A stretch of DNA of 64,000 bases. Origin: an uncultured Alphaproteobacteria bacterium. GTDB lineage: Bacteria > Pseudomonadota > Alphaproteobacteria > HIMB59 > GCA-002718135. The notes under the pieces were generated by a model. That model worked only from the letters and a program-made list of their open reading frames with translations. It was not told the DNA's origin and ran no database searches. The stretch lies in NCBI GenBank assembly GCA_902577945.1, contig CACHBB010000002.1:2043-66042 (forward strand), given 5' to 3'. Positions 36,371 through 45,814 of the stretch are shown piece after piece (the first letter of the stretch is position 1; each line of letters begins with the position of its first letter). A program made the position numbers and the translations under genes.

Positions 36371-37102
36371 TTAAATTGCATCAAATATTAATTTAAGGCC
36401 ACTCACAAACAATAAAATATAAATAATATTAAAAAATAGTTTTTCTGAAATAAATTTTTGAATATAAAAACCTATAACAACACTTATTGCAGCAAGTGGA
36501 AATAATAAAAGAGAAATTTTCAAATTTGAAGGAGCTAGTAAATTAAAATAATAGTATGGAAAAATTTTTACAAAATTAATAATAAAAAAAGTCATTGTCA
36601 TTGTCCCAAGATATGTCAACTTGTCTAACTTAAGAGGTAGAATATAAAAATTTATAGGTGGATTACCGGCATGTATTAAAAAACTAGTATAACCTGCAGC
36701 ACCAGACCAAAATATACCTTTAGATTTAGTGGGATTTAATAATGAATTATTTTTTTGATACATTGAAATTAATACAAATAATATCGAAATGATTCCTACT
36801 AAAAGTCTTATTTGATTTTCCGATGTATATTGAAAAGTAATGCTTCCAATAATTATACCAATTATAGATGATGGAATTATTATTTTAAGTAATTTCAAAT
36901 TCCATTTATTCCAATATAAGTATAAGGCTATAACATCCATTACAAGTAATAATGGCAAGAGAATACCAGCTGCTTTTAGAGGACTCATTGCAAAAGACAT
37001 AATTGGTACTGCTAACATTGATATTGGACCTGGAAAACCTCCTTTAGATAATCCAAAAACAATAACGCCAAAAGCTGCAAAAAAAAGAAAATAAAAATCC
37101 AT
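36371..37102 (-). CDS. TauE/SafE-family (DUF81) anion exporter
   Basis: 243 aa, about 7-8 TM, glycine-rich TauE-like helices. Its start codon shares 1 nt with the metC stop. Confidence 0.75.
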   Translation of the reverse strand: MDFYFLFFAAFGVIVFGLSKGGFPGPISMLAVPIMSFAMSPLKAAGILLPLLLVMDVIALYLYWNKWNLKLLKIIIPSSIIGIIIGSITFQYTSENQIRLLVGIISILFVLISMYQKNNSLLNPTKSKGIFWSGAAGYTSFLIHAGNPPINFYILPLKLDKLTYLGTMTMTFFIINFVKIFPYYYFNLLAPSNLKISLLLFPLAAISVVIGFYIQKFISEKLFFNIIYILLFVSGLKLIFDAI

Positions 37103-38262
37103 TAAGATAAAATTTTTAGTGCATCGTTAATATCTTTTAATTGATCTTCTCTATCTTCTAATCCACAATACAATCTAATAAGTGTTCCATTTAATTTATC
37201 TTTAAATTTTCTTTTAATCAAAGGTGGAAAAGTTATTAAGCTGTCGTATCCACCCCAACTATAACCAAGTTTAAAAACTCTCAATTTCTTATAAAATTCT
37301 TCTAGTTTTGTATTTGAATATTTTTTCTTTAAAATAAATGCGAACAAACCAGAACTACCTGTAAAGTCTCTTTTCCAAATTAAGTGGTTAGTTGTATGTT
37401 CAAGAGCGGGATGAAATACATCTTTAACTAATTTATGTTTTAATAAATTTTTTGCTAAATATAATGCATTTTTTTCTATTTCTTTCATTCTAAGTTCTAG
37501 AGTAGGTATACCTCTTAATGCTAAATAGACTTCTTCAGAACCAGGACATATACCTAAAGTTTTAGCAGTCACTCTAATTTTACGACTGTAATTTTTATCT
37601 GAAGAAACAAAGCCAATTAAAACATCAGAATGTCCATTAATATATTTGGTTCCAGCATCAATTATTATATTTATTCCAAGTTTAATTGGATTACAAAATA
37701 AAGGAGATGCCCATGTATTATCCATTACTGTGGGTATTTTGTATTTTTTTGCAATACTAGTTATAAATGGTATATCAATAATATCAAAAGTGGCTGTTCC
37801 AGGAGACTCTAAATAAATAAGTTTAGTTTTTTTATTTATTAATTTTTCAAAATTTTTTATATTATGAATAGAATGAAAATATTTAATAGATATGCCGAAT
37901 TGTTTTAAAATATTTTCACAAAACGTTCTAGTTGGACTGTAAACACTATCATTAATTAAAACCTCATCACCTTTTTTTAATAGAGCAAAAAATGGAATAA
38001 TTATTGAAGCTAAACCTGAAGGCGAAAGCACAGTATCATTACAATTGTATAAATCACTTATTGAATCTTCTAATTGTTTATGAAATGGATTTTTATTTAT
38101 TCCATAATATGTTTTTCTATCGTCTGCATTTTTAACATCATTCAAGTAATCTTTAAAATTACTGAATATCATTGTTGATCCTTTGTAAGTTCCAGGATTA
38201 ATAAATCCTTTTTGTTTAATTGGATTTCTCCCTAACTTTGTTAATCTTGTTTTTCTTTTCAT
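37102..38262 (-). CDS. metC: Cystathionine beta-lyase-like PLP enzyme (Cys/Met metabolism family)
   Basis: 386 aa with an N-terminus TRLTKLGR typical of MetC, the PLP-lysine region TKYINGHSDVLIG and a C-terminal GLEDREDQL motif. Confidence 0.8.
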   Translation of the reverse strand: MKRKTRLTKLGRNPIKQKGFINPGTYKGSTMIFSNFKDYLNDVKNADDRKTYYGINKNPFHKQLEDSISDLYNCNDTVLSPSGLASIIIPFFALLKKGDEVLINDSVYSPTRTFCENILKQFGISIKYFHSIHNIKNFEKLINKKTKLIYLESPGTATFDIIDIPFITSIAKKYKIPTVMDNTWASPLFCNPIKLGINIIIDAGTKYINGHSDVLIGFVSSDKNYSRKIRVTAKTLGICPGSEEVYLALRGIPTLELRMKEIEKNALYLAKNLLKHKLVKDVFHPALEHTTNHLIWKRDFTGSSGLFAFILKKKYSNTKLEEFYKKLRVFKLGYSWGGYDSLITFPPLIKRKFKDKLNGTLIRLYCGLEDREDQLKDINDALKILS

Positions 38263-38421
38263 TAGTATACTACATATAGTTAATAAAATATTTATCTATA
38301 CAACTTATAGATTGTATCAAAAATGCATAAATCTATCATTTGGATTAACTTATTAATTTGGTATAGGGAAGCAATCTTTGAAAAAAGATATTTAAATAAT
38401 TATTTAAACGGAGAAAATAAT

Positions 38422-39426
38422 ATGAAAAAACTATTATCTATCTTTGCAGTTGCTGCATTTGCTTTCTCAGCAAATGCTGGAACTCTTGATGATGTAAAAA
38501 ATAGAGGTTTTCTAAAATGTGGAGTAACAACTGGTCTTGCTGGTTTTGCTGCTCCAGATGATAGCGGTGAATGGGCTGGTCTAGATGCAGATATGTGTCG
38601 TGCAGTTGCTGTAGCTGTTTTTGGAGACCGTTCAAAAGTAGAATTTATTACTACTACAGGTAAATCTCGTTTCCCAACATTAGCTTCAGGTGAAGTTGAT
38701 ATGTTAGCGAGAAATACAACTTGGACAATTAGCCGTGATGTTAATCTTGGTTTTGAGTTCGTAGGTGTAAACTTCTACGATGGACAAGGTTTCATGGTTC
38801 CATCTGCTCTTGGTGTATCAAGTGCAACTGAGCTTGATGGTGCTACTGTATGTATCCAAACTGGTACCACTACAGAGTTAAACCTTGCTGACTTCTTTAG
38901 ATTAAATGGAATTAGCTACGAAGCACTTCCAATTGAAACTAATGATGAAGGTAAAGAAAACTTATTTGCTGGAAGATGTGATGTATACACAACTGATGCT
39001 TCAGGCCTTTCTTCTACAAGAGCTGCTGCATCTAATCCAAATAAATGGAAAGTATTACCAGAAATTATTTCAAAAGAACCACTTGGTCCTCTAGTAAGAC
39101 ACGGTGATCACCAATGGGGTGACGTAGTTCGTTGGTCTTTAAATGCAATGATTATTGCAGAGGAACTTGGTGTAACTTCTGAAAACGTTGATGCTCAAAT
39201 GAGCTCTAATGTTCCTGAAGTACTAAGACTTCTTGGTGTTGAAGGTAATTATGGAGAAATGCTTGAGCTAAGTAATGATTGGGCTTACCAAATTATTAAA
39301 CAAATTGGTAACTACTCTGAATCATATGAAGCAAACGTTGGTCCAGACACACCTCTAGAAATTGCAAGAGGTTTAAATGCTCTATGGACTCAAGGTGGTA
39401 TTTTATACGCACCTCCATTCAGATAA
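38422..39426 (+). CDS. aapJ: General L-amino acid ABC transporter periplasmic binding protein
   Basis: Signal peptide MKKLLSIFAVAAFAFSANA with GGAG upstream, so I prefer the ATG at 38422; the track start at 38323 adds 33 implausible residues. AapJ/YhdW-like throughout, with strongly biased codons including CGT Arg. Confidence 0.9.
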   Translation: MKKLLSIFAVAAFAFSANAGTLDDVKNRGFLKCGVTTGLAGFAAPDDSGEWAGLDADMCRAVAVAVFGDRSKVEFITTTGKSRFPTLASGEVDMLARNTTWTISRDVNLGFEFVGVNFYDGQGFMVPSALGVSSATELDGATVCIQTGTTTELNLADFFRLNGISYEALPIETNDEGKENLFAGRCDVYTTDASGLSSTRAAASNPNKWKVLPEIISKEPLGPLVRHGDHQWGDVVRWSLNAMIIAEELGVTSENVDAQMSSNVPEVLRLLGVEGNYGEMLELSNDWAYQIIKQIGNYSESYEANVGPDTPLEIARGLNALWTQGGILYAPPFR

Positions 39427-39446
39427 ATCTTAATTAAATTTAATAC

Positions 39447-39474
39447 GGGGGGTTTTAAACCCCCCATTTTTTTT
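39447..39474 (+). terminator. Intra-operon hairpin/terminator between aapJ and aapQ
   Basis: GGGGGG-TTTTAAA-CCCCCC followed by ATTTTTTTT. It sits between the binding-protein gene and the permease genes. Confidence 0.8.
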
Positions 39475-39487
39475 GTATAAACAAGTG

Positions 39488-40651
39488 ATGAGATCTAACA
39501 TAGGGTTCTTTTCTGATGAGAAATTTAGATCCATTTTTTTTCAAACTTTAGTTGTAGGCTTATTTGCTTTAGGTTTATTTTTTGTAATTAGCACAACTTC
39601 TTACAATTTAGAGAAAAGAAATATAGCAACTGGTTGGAGTTTTTTAAATAACCCAGCAGGTTTTGATATAAGTTTTTCTCCATTTCTAGAATTTAAATCA
39701 ACTGATACTCATCTTAAAGTTTATTTTGTTGGAGTTTTAAATACTCTTTTAGTTTCTGTTACGGGTTGTATAGCTGCAACATTGTTAGGTTTTATATTAG
39801 GTATAGTAAGGCTGTCTTCAAACTGGTTATTGAGCCGACTAGTTTATATTTACGTTGAATTTTCAAGAAATGTTCCTTTGCTTCTTCAAATTATTTTATG
39901 GTATAGTATTTTAATACAACTGCCTCGTGTAAAACAATCACTTCAGATACTTGATGTATTTTATATCTCTAATAGAGGATTGTATTCTCCAAGACCAATA
40001 TTTGAAAGTGGATTTTCATATGTATTAATAGCAATTGTATTGGCTCTAATTTCGAGTTTCTTAATAAATAGATGGGCAAAAAAAAGACAAGATACTACTG
40101 GACAACAATTCCCAATATTTTCTAGCTCTATAGGATTAATATTTGTTATCCCATTAATTTTATTTTTTATTCTAGGTTCACCAATGTCTTTTGAGCATCC
40201 AGAAATGAAAGGTTTTAATTTTAAAGGTGGATTGGTTATTAGACCTGAGTTTATTGCAATGTTTTTAGCTCTATCTATTTATACAGCAGCCTTCATTTCA
40301 GAAATCGTTAGAGCTGGAATTATGTCAGTATCAAAAGGACAAAGAGAAGCTTCTGCTGCTATAGGTTTAAAACAAACTTGGATTATGAGACTAATCATTA
40401 TCCCTCAAGCTCTTAGAGTCATTGTTCCTCCATTAACAAGTCAATATCTAAACTTAACTAAAAATTCTTCATTAGGAATTGCCGTTGGTTATGCAGACCT
40501 TGTTCATGGTTTTGGAGGAATAAGTTTAAATCAAACTGGTCAAGCTATTGAATGTATGGCAATTGTTATGGCAACTTATTTATCAATTAGTCTCACAATA
40601 TCTTTCTTTATGAACATTTATAACAGAAGCATACAATTTAAGGAAAAGTAA
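39488..40651 (+). CDS. aapQ: General L-amino acid ABC transporter permease
   Basis: About 387 aa, AapQ/YhdX-like polar amino-acid permease (EIVRAGI...G). I prefer the ATG at 39488; the TTG at 39473 lies in the terminator T-tract. Confidence 0.88.
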   Translation: MRSNIGFFSDEKFRSIFFQTLVVGLFALGLFFVISTTSYNLEKRNIATGWSFLNNPAGFDISFSPFLEFKSTDTHLKVYFVGVLNTLLVSVTGCIAATLLGFILGIVRLSSNWLLSRLVYIYVEFSRNVPLLLQIILWYSILIQLPRVKQSLQILDVFYISNRGLYSPRPIFESGFSYVLIAIVLALISSFLINRWAKKRQDTTGQQFPIFSSSIGLIFVIPLILFFILGSPMSFEHPEMKGFNFKGGLVIRPEFIAMFLALSIYTAAFISEIVRAGIMSVSKGQREASAAIGLKQTWIMRLIIIPQALRVIVPPLTSQYLNLTKNSSLGIAVGYADLVHGFGGISLNQTGQAIECMAIVMATYLSISLTISFFMNIYNRSIQFKEK

Positions 40652-41784
40652 TGAATGAAATGAATGAAGTAAGAAAACCTCCCGTAGCAACAACAGGTAT
40701 TATTGGTTGGTTGCGATTGAACTTATTTTTCAATTGGACAAACTCTCTAATAACTTTATTTGTTATTTATTGTTTATATCAGTTTATTCCTTGGATTTTA
40801 GATTGGACAATATTTTCAGCTGATTTTAAATATAATTATCTTGGTGAACAAATAACAAATCAAGAGATGTGTTCACGAAATTTAGATCCTGAAAATGGTG
40901 GAGCTTGCTGGGCTGTTATATATGTAAGATTTTATCAATTTATTTATGGTTTTTATCCAAAGGTTGAAGTTTGGAGAGTCAATGTCGCTTATGTAATGTT
41001 GGCATTAGCACTTTTACCACTTTTGTACGCTAAACTCCCTTATAGAAAGTATTTCTTATATTTTACATATATTTTTCCTGTTATCGCTTATTTCTTACTT
41101 AATGGCGGATTGGGCTTTACTGAAGTCTCTACTAATAAATGGGGAGGTCTTCTGGTTACACTTGTTTTGGGTTGTACGGGAATAGCTTTAGCTTTTCCTA
41201 TTGGAATTATGCTGGCATTAGGTCGAAGATCTAAATTACCTGTTATAAGCATGATGTGCACATTGTTTATTGAATTTATAAGAGGAGTACCTCTGATAAC
41301 TTTATTATTTTTTGGAATGGTCATGCTTCCTTTATTTTTACCTGAAGGAATAGATATGGATGGTTTGGTAAGAGTTCTTGTAGCTGTTACATTATTTCAA
41401 TCAGCTTACATGGCAGAGGTTATAAGAGGAGGGCTGCAAGCAATACCTCCTGGTCAATATGAAGCCGCTAAATCACTTGGCATGTCTTATTGGAGAATGA
41501 ATTTATTAATTATTCTTCCTCAAGCTATAAGAATTTCTATACCTCCTATTGTAAATACCTCTATTGGTTTGTTTAAAGACACAACATTGGTTATTATTGT
41601 AGGAATATTAGATTTATTAGGTATTGGAAGGGGTACTTTAGCTGATACGAATTGGTTAGGTTTATCATATGAAATTTACTTTTTCGTTAGTTTAGTGTTT
41701 TTTATATTCACATTTGGAATGTCTAGATACAGTTTGTATTTGGAAAAGAAATTAAAAACAGGTATTAATATGGGGGCTGATTAA
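40651..41784 (+). CDS. aapM: General L-amino acid ABC transporter permease
   Basis: 377 aa, AapM/YhdY-like ([23 protein letters not shown]). It overlaps aapQ by 1 nt. Confidence 0.88.
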   Translation: MNEMNEVRKPPVATTGIIGWLRLNLFFNWTNSLITLFVIYCLYQFIPWILDWTIFSADFKYNYLGEQITNQEMCSRNLDPENGGACWAVIYVRFYQFIYGFYPKVEVWRVNVAYVMLALALLPLLYAKLPYRKYFLYFTYIFPVIAYFLLNGGLGFTEVSTNKWGGLLVTLVLGCTGIALAFPIGIMLALGRRSKLPVISMMCTLFIEFIRGVPLITLLFFGMVMLPLFLPEGIDMDGLVRVLVAVTLFQSAYMAEVIRGGLQAIPPGQYEAAKSLGMSYWRMNLLIILPQAIRISIPPIVNTSIGLFKDTTLVIIVGILDLLGIGRGTLADTNWLGLSYEIYFFVSLVFFIFTFGMSRYSLYLEKKLKTGINMGAD

Positions 41785-41785
41785 A

Positions 41786-42529
41786 ATGAGTGAAGAATCT
41801 ATAATTTCATTAAAAAATGTTAACAAGTGGTTTGGCGATTTCCATGTTTTGCAAGATGTAAATCTTGAAGTTAAAAAGAAAGAAAGAATTGTGGTTTGTG
41901 GTCCTTCTGGCTCAGGAAAGTCTACAATGATCAGATGTATTAATAGGTTGGAAGAACACCAAGAAGGTTCAATCGTTGTTGATGGAATTGAGTTAACAGG
42001 TAATTTAAAAAACATTGATAATGTTAGAAAAGAAGTTGGAATGGTATTTCAACAATTTAACTTATTTCCTCATTTATCTGTAAAAGAAAATATAACTTTG
42101 GCTCCAATTTGGGTAAAAAAAATGCCTAAAGCTGAAGCTGAAGAGCTTGCAATGAGGCAGCTAGAAATAGTAAAAATTCCTGAACAGGCCAACAAGTACC
42201 CTGGTCAATTATCTGGAGGTCAACAACAAAGAGTAGCAATTGCTAGATCTCTTGCAATGAACCCTAATATAATGCTTTTTGATGAACCAACTTCAGCATT
42301 AGATCCTGAAATGATTAAAGAAGTTTTAGACGTTATGGTAGATTTAGCAAATGGTGGAATGACAATGATTGTTGTTACTCATGAAATGGGTTTTGCTAAA
42401 ACGGTTGCTGATAGAATGGTGTTTATGGATGAAGGTAAGATTGTTGAGGAAGCTAGCCCAGATAAGTTTTTCAATAATCCTGATAGTGATCGTACAAAAT
42501 TATTTTTAAGTCAAATTCTTCATCAGTAA
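41786..42529 (+). CDS. aapP: General L-amino acid ABC transporter ATP-binding protein
   Basis: 247 aa with Walker [10 protein letters not shown], signature LSGGQQQR, Walker [12 protein letters not shown] and H-loop VTHEM. Confidence 0.93.
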   Translation: MSEESIISLKNVNKWFGDFHVLQDVNLEVKKKERIVVCGPSGSGKSTMIRCINRLEEHQEGSIVVDGIELTGNLKNIDNVRKEVGMVFQQFNLFPHLSVKENITLAPIWVKKMPKAEAEELAMRQLEIVKIPEQANKYPGQLSGGQQQRVAIARSLAMNPNIMLFDEPTSALDPEMIKEVLDVMVDLANGGMTMIVVTHEMGFAKTVADRMVFMDEGKIVEEASPDKFFNNPDSDRTKLFLSQILHQ

Positions 42530-42530
42530 T

Positions 42531-43232
42531 TTAAGAAGATAATAGTAAATTCACTCTTCTATTCATTTTACCTTTATTTTCTATTTTACCAATTTTAATT
42601 TTACCAATTTCAGATGTTGAGTTTACATGTGTACCACCACAAGGTTGTAGATCAACATTACCAATTCTAATTAATCTTATTTTACCATCTACTTCGGGAG
42701 GCCTGACAGACATAGTTCTAACAAGTTCGGGTTTTTCTTTTAGTATACTACTCTCAATTATTTCACTTGTAACTGTATGGTTATCACCTATTAATAAATT
42801 TATTTTTTCTTCCAATTCATCTTTATTTATTAGTTTATCTGGGTCATTAAAATCTAATCGGCTTTTTTCATAACCAATCTGACCACCAGTTACTCCCAAA
42901 GGAATTATTGAGCATAATAAGTGTAGAGCTGTATGCATTTTCATATGTTTGTATCTTAAATCCCAATTTATTTTTCCAATTATGTTATTATTCTCTTCAA
43001 GATCTTTGATATCGTCCACAATATTTATAATCCTATTATTTTCCTTAATAGTATCTAAAACTTTTATTTTACCACCTACAGTTTCAATTTCTCCTTTATC
43101 TCCAGGTTGACCCCCACTTTTTGCATAAAATGCTGTTTGATCTAACTCAATATGTTTATCTTCTTTTACAATTCCTTTAATTTTTGCTCTAAATTCTTTA
43201 ATATATGCATCATTTTCAAATAATTTTGTCAT
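42531..43232 (-). CDS. AlaX-type alanyl-tRNA editing protein (Thr/Ala-tRNA synthetase second additional domain)
   Basis: 233 aa with zinc motif HTALHLL...CGGTHV and an N-terminus DAYIKEF...DQTAFYAKSGGQPGD. Confidence 0.8.
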   Translation of the reverse strand: MTKLFENDAYIKEFRAKIKGIVKEDKHIELDQTAFYAKSGGQPGDKGEIETVGGKIKVLDTIKENNRIINIVDDIKDLEENNNIIGKINWDLRYKHMKMHTALHLLCSIIPLGVTGGQIGYEKSRLDFNDPDKLINKDELEEKINLLIGDNHTVTSEIIESSILKEKPELVRTMSVRPPEVDGKIRLIRIGNVDLQPCGGTHVNSTSEIGKIKIGKIENKGKMNRRVNLLLSS

Positions 43233-43294
43233 AGTGTTTTTTAACAGTATTTTAAAAATATTATATTGACTTTTTTATCATTCTGAATAAATTA

Positions 43295-43309
43295 GAACAA
43301 AAGTAGAAC
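43295..43309. promoter_or_regulatory. Alphaproteobacterial LexA (SOS) box upstream of umuD
   Basis: GAAC-AAAAGTA-GAAC is an exact direct-repeat GAAC-N7-GAAC, the complement of GTTC-N7-GTTC. It lies 63 nt upstream of the umuD ATG. Confidence 0.75.
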
Positions 43310-43371
43310 AAATAATTCTATAAATAATATAATTATTATTTATCAATTATTTAAAAATTTTTTTTAATATT

Positions 43372-43809
43372 ATGTCTAAAAAAATAGAAAATTTAATATT
43401 TAAAGCTGAATCCAAGGTAGATCTAATAACACCTTATTTTTTGGATACAGTATCTGCAGGTTTCCCATCTCCAGCTACTGATTACATGGAAAACAAACTC
43501 GATCTTAATGAATATTTGGTTCAACGTCCAACAGCAACGTATATCGTTAAAGCTAATGGCCCTTCCATGGCTGATGCAGGTATATTATCAGGTGATTTAC
43601 TTATTGTTGATAGAAGTGTTACGCCTCGTAATGATAATATTGTTATAGCTTCAATCTTTGGTGACCTAACAGTTAAAAAATTAAAAAAGAAAGATCGGTC
43701 ATTATTCTTAATTTCTGCCAATAGTGAGTATCCTAGTATTCAAGTTAAAGAAGAAATGGAGTGTTTTATATGGGGGGTAGTGACATATGTCATACACAAA
43801 ACTACTTAA
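43372..43809 (+). CDS. umuD: Translesion polymerase V accessory subunit UmuD (S24 LexA-like peptidase)
   Basis: 145 aa with an Ala-Gly cleavage-site candidate (VSAGFPSPA), catalytic Ser in GPSM and Lys in TVKKL. Confidence 0.88.
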   Translation: MSKKIENLIFKAESKVDLITPYFLDTVSAGFPSPATDYMENKLDLNEYLVQRPTATYIVKANGPSMADAGILSGDLLIVDRSVTPRNDNIVIASIFGDLTVKKLKKKDRSLFLISANSEYPSIQVKEEMECFIWGVVTYVIHKTT

Positions 43810-45091
43810 TAGAAATCATAGCTCAATAAATCAGTCTATAGCATTGATAGATTGCAATAATTTTTATGCGTCATGTGAAAGAATATTTAACCCAAAACTT
43901 ATAGGCAAACCAATTGTTGTACTTTCCAATAATGATGGTTGTATTATTGCACGCTCAAAAGAAGCAAAAAAATTAGGCATAAAAATGGGTGAACCTTATT
44001 TTAAAGCAAAAAATATTATTGAAAAAAATGATGTTAAAGTTTTTTCATCTAATTATTCTTTGTATGGTGATATTTCACAGAGGGTAATGGAGACTTTATC
44101 AAGTTTTTCTTCAGAGGTAGAAATCTATTCCATAGATGAAGCATTTCTTGGTTTAAATGGTTTTGAGAACTATGAGTTAAACACTTATTGCAGACACATT
44201 AGGCAAACAATTAAGAAGTGGGTTGGCATTCCAGTTAGTATTGGAGTGGGGTCAACAAAAACACTATCTAAAATAGCCAATCACTTAGCAAAACAGAAAT
44301 CAGATTACAAAGGTGTGTGCATATTGCAAAATAAAATAGAAATAAAAAGAGGTTTAGAATCAACGTCAATAGAGGATGTTTGGGGTATTGGTAGGCGTTT
44401 ATCTATTTTTCTTAAAAAATATAATATTAATACAGCTTACCATTTTTCTCAGATGGATAGAGGGTGGATTAGAAAAAATATGGGTGTAGTTGGAGAAAAA
44501 ACTTATTTAGAATTAAGTGGAGTATCATGTTTAGATCTTGATTTAGTGCCAAGTGATAAAAAAAGTTGCTGTGTTTCAAGATCATTTAGCAGTCCGATAG
44601 AAAAGTTATTTGATCTAGAGGAATCTATTTCAACATATGGATCTAAGGTTTCTGAAAAGATACGCGAGGAGGGGTTAGTAGCGGAGTCAATGAATGTTTT
44701 TGTATTAACTAATCACTTCAATAGAAGAGAAAGACAGTACTCTAATTCAATAAAACTTAATTTACCTTTTCCAACAAATAACAGTATTAAAATTGTTAAA
44801 AGAGCTCTTGAAGGAATTAGAAAAATTTATCGTCCTGGATACCGCTATAAAAAAGCAGGAATTATATTATCTGGTCTTAGCAGACATAATACTACAAAAG
44901 GTTTACTTGATTATGATCGTGATATTTCTGATAAGATGATGCAGACTATTGATACAATTAATTCTAGATACGGATCCTCTACATTGAAAATTGCCTCAGA
45001 AGGCATAGAAAAAGCATGGAAGATGAAAAGAGAGAATGTGTCTCCATGCTATACAACAAGATTTGAAGAGTTAGCTAGGGTAAAATCTTAA
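43787..45091 (+). CDS. umuC: Y-family DNA polymerase V catalytic subunit UmuC
   Basis: 434 aa. IALIDCNNFYASCERIFNP, SIDEAFL and SIGVGSTKTLSK are Y-family motifs. It overlaps umuD by 23 nt. Confidence 0.9.
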   Translation: MSYTKLLNRNHSSINQSIALIDCNNFYASCERIFNPKLIGKPIVVLSNNDGCIIARSKEAKKLGIKMGEPYFKAKNIIEKNDVKVFSSNYSLYGDISQRVMETLSSFSSEVEIYSIDEAFLGLNGFENYELNTYCRHIRQTIKKWVGIPVSIGVGSTKTLSKIANHLAKQKSDYKGVCILQNKIEIKRGLESTSIEDVWGIGRRLSIFLKKYNINTAYHFSQMDRGWIRKNMGVVGEKTYLELSGVSCLDLDLVPSDKKSCCVSRSFSSPIEKLFDLEESISTYGSKVSEKIREEGLVAESMNVFVLTNHFNRRERQYSNSIKLNLPFPTNNSIKIVKRALEGIRKIYRPGYRYKKAGIILSGLSRHNTTKGLLDYDRDISDKMMQTIDTINSRYGSSTLKIASEGIEKAWKMKRENVSPCYTTRFEELARVKS

Positions 45092-45438
45092 TCTAAATTA
45101 CAATTACTCATATCAAAAGATTTGCTAGATAGATACTTAACACGTTCCTCTAGTTTTCTTTTATTAACTTTTTTATATCTCGTATAAGGACCTTTTTTCA
45201 TATCAAGATTTTCTTCATTTATGGATAAAAAAAGACAAGTATGATTGTAGATTAGTTCATCTGGAGACTCATCTGTTATAGCACCTTCACCTCGGTTATA
45301 AGATCCCCAAAGGTCAAATTTATCTTCATCTGTTAAATATAATCCAAATTGAGAGTATTCTTTTGAAAATGAAGAAAGCGAAAACAAAAGAGTTATTGAA
45401 AATAGAAAAGGCAAAATTAGTATTTTTTTTGTCATCAA
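45088..45438 (-). CDS. Hypothetical secreted protein
   Basis: 116 aa with a signal peptide (KKILILPFLFSITLLFSLSSFS). No recognisable family. It overlaps the convergent umuC by 4 nt. Confidence 0.45.
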   Translation of the reverse strand: MMTKKILILPFLFSITLLFSLSSFSKEYSQFGLYLTDEDKFDLWGSYNRGEGAITDESPDELIYNHTCLFLSINEENLDMKKGPYTRYKKVNKRKLEERVKYLSSKSFDMSNCNLD

Positions 45439-45493
45439 ATTAATATTATTAGTAAATCAAGAAAATACAATGTTAAAAGTAAATAGTTTAAAT

Positions 45494-45568
45494 TGGCTCC
45501 CCGGGCCGGGCTCGAACCAGCGACCGATCGGTTAACAGCCGATTGCTCTACCACTGAGCTACCGAGGA
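45494..45568 (-). tRNA. tRNA-Asn (anticodon GUU)
   Basis: The reverse complement is TCCTCGGTAGCTCAGTGGTAGAGCAATCGGCTGTTAACCGATCGGTCGCTGGTTCGAGCCCGGCCCGGGGAGCCA. The anticodon loop is CT-GTT-AA and the acceptor has one G-U pair. Confidence 0.88.
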
Positions 45569-45615
45569 ACACAATTCTGTTGATAATAAAAAAAAATCAA
45601 AAAACAAGAAAAAAT

Positions 45616-45689
45616 TGGAGGCTCGGAGCGGAATCGAACCGCTGTGCAAGGCTTTGCAGGCCCCTACATCACCACTCTGCCACCGAGCC
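45616..45689 (-). tRNA. tRNA-Cys (anticodon GCA)
   Basis: The reverse complement is GGCTCGGTGGCAGAGTGGTGATGTAGGGGCCTGCAAAGCCTTGCACAGCGGTTCGATTCCGCTCCGAGCCTCCA. The anticodon loop is CT-GCA-AA. Confidence 0.85.
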
Positions 45690-45814
45690 TAAAAAAATTC
45701 ACAATTATCACTATATATTTTCTAGTCAATTAATGAAAAAAAAATCCTAAAGATTAATAATATAATTTAAATAATTGATATAATAACAGGTTTATATAAA
45801 GCATCTTTAAAGAA

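Noticed and set aside
38323-38421. A 33-residue N-terminal extension of the amino-acid binding protein in the longest-ORF call. Similar extensions occur at 9722-9757 (fur-like), 17169-17186 (GT2), 25161-25166 (SBP) and 39473-39487 (aapQ).
   Set aside because: In each case a downstream ATG is better supported. The support is an SD at proper spacing, a signal peptide or conserved N-terminus starting there, or avoidance of overlap with a divergent gene or terminator.
38263-38421. Possible SAM-type riboswitch or other structured leader in the 159-nt divergent region between metC and aapJ.
   Set aside because: Reading both strands, I could not recognise SAM-II/SAM-V pseudoknot elements or any other conserved aptamer core. 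The region most likely holds just two back-to-back promoters. A covariance-model scan would settle it.
45493-45750. An 85-aa plus-strand ORF (MAPRAGLEPATDRLTADCSTTELPRN...).
   Set aside because: It is the antisense read-through of tRNA-Asn and tRNA-Cys. GC-rich tRNA sequence gives a stop-free frame, and the peptide is a typical tRNA-antisense artefact.
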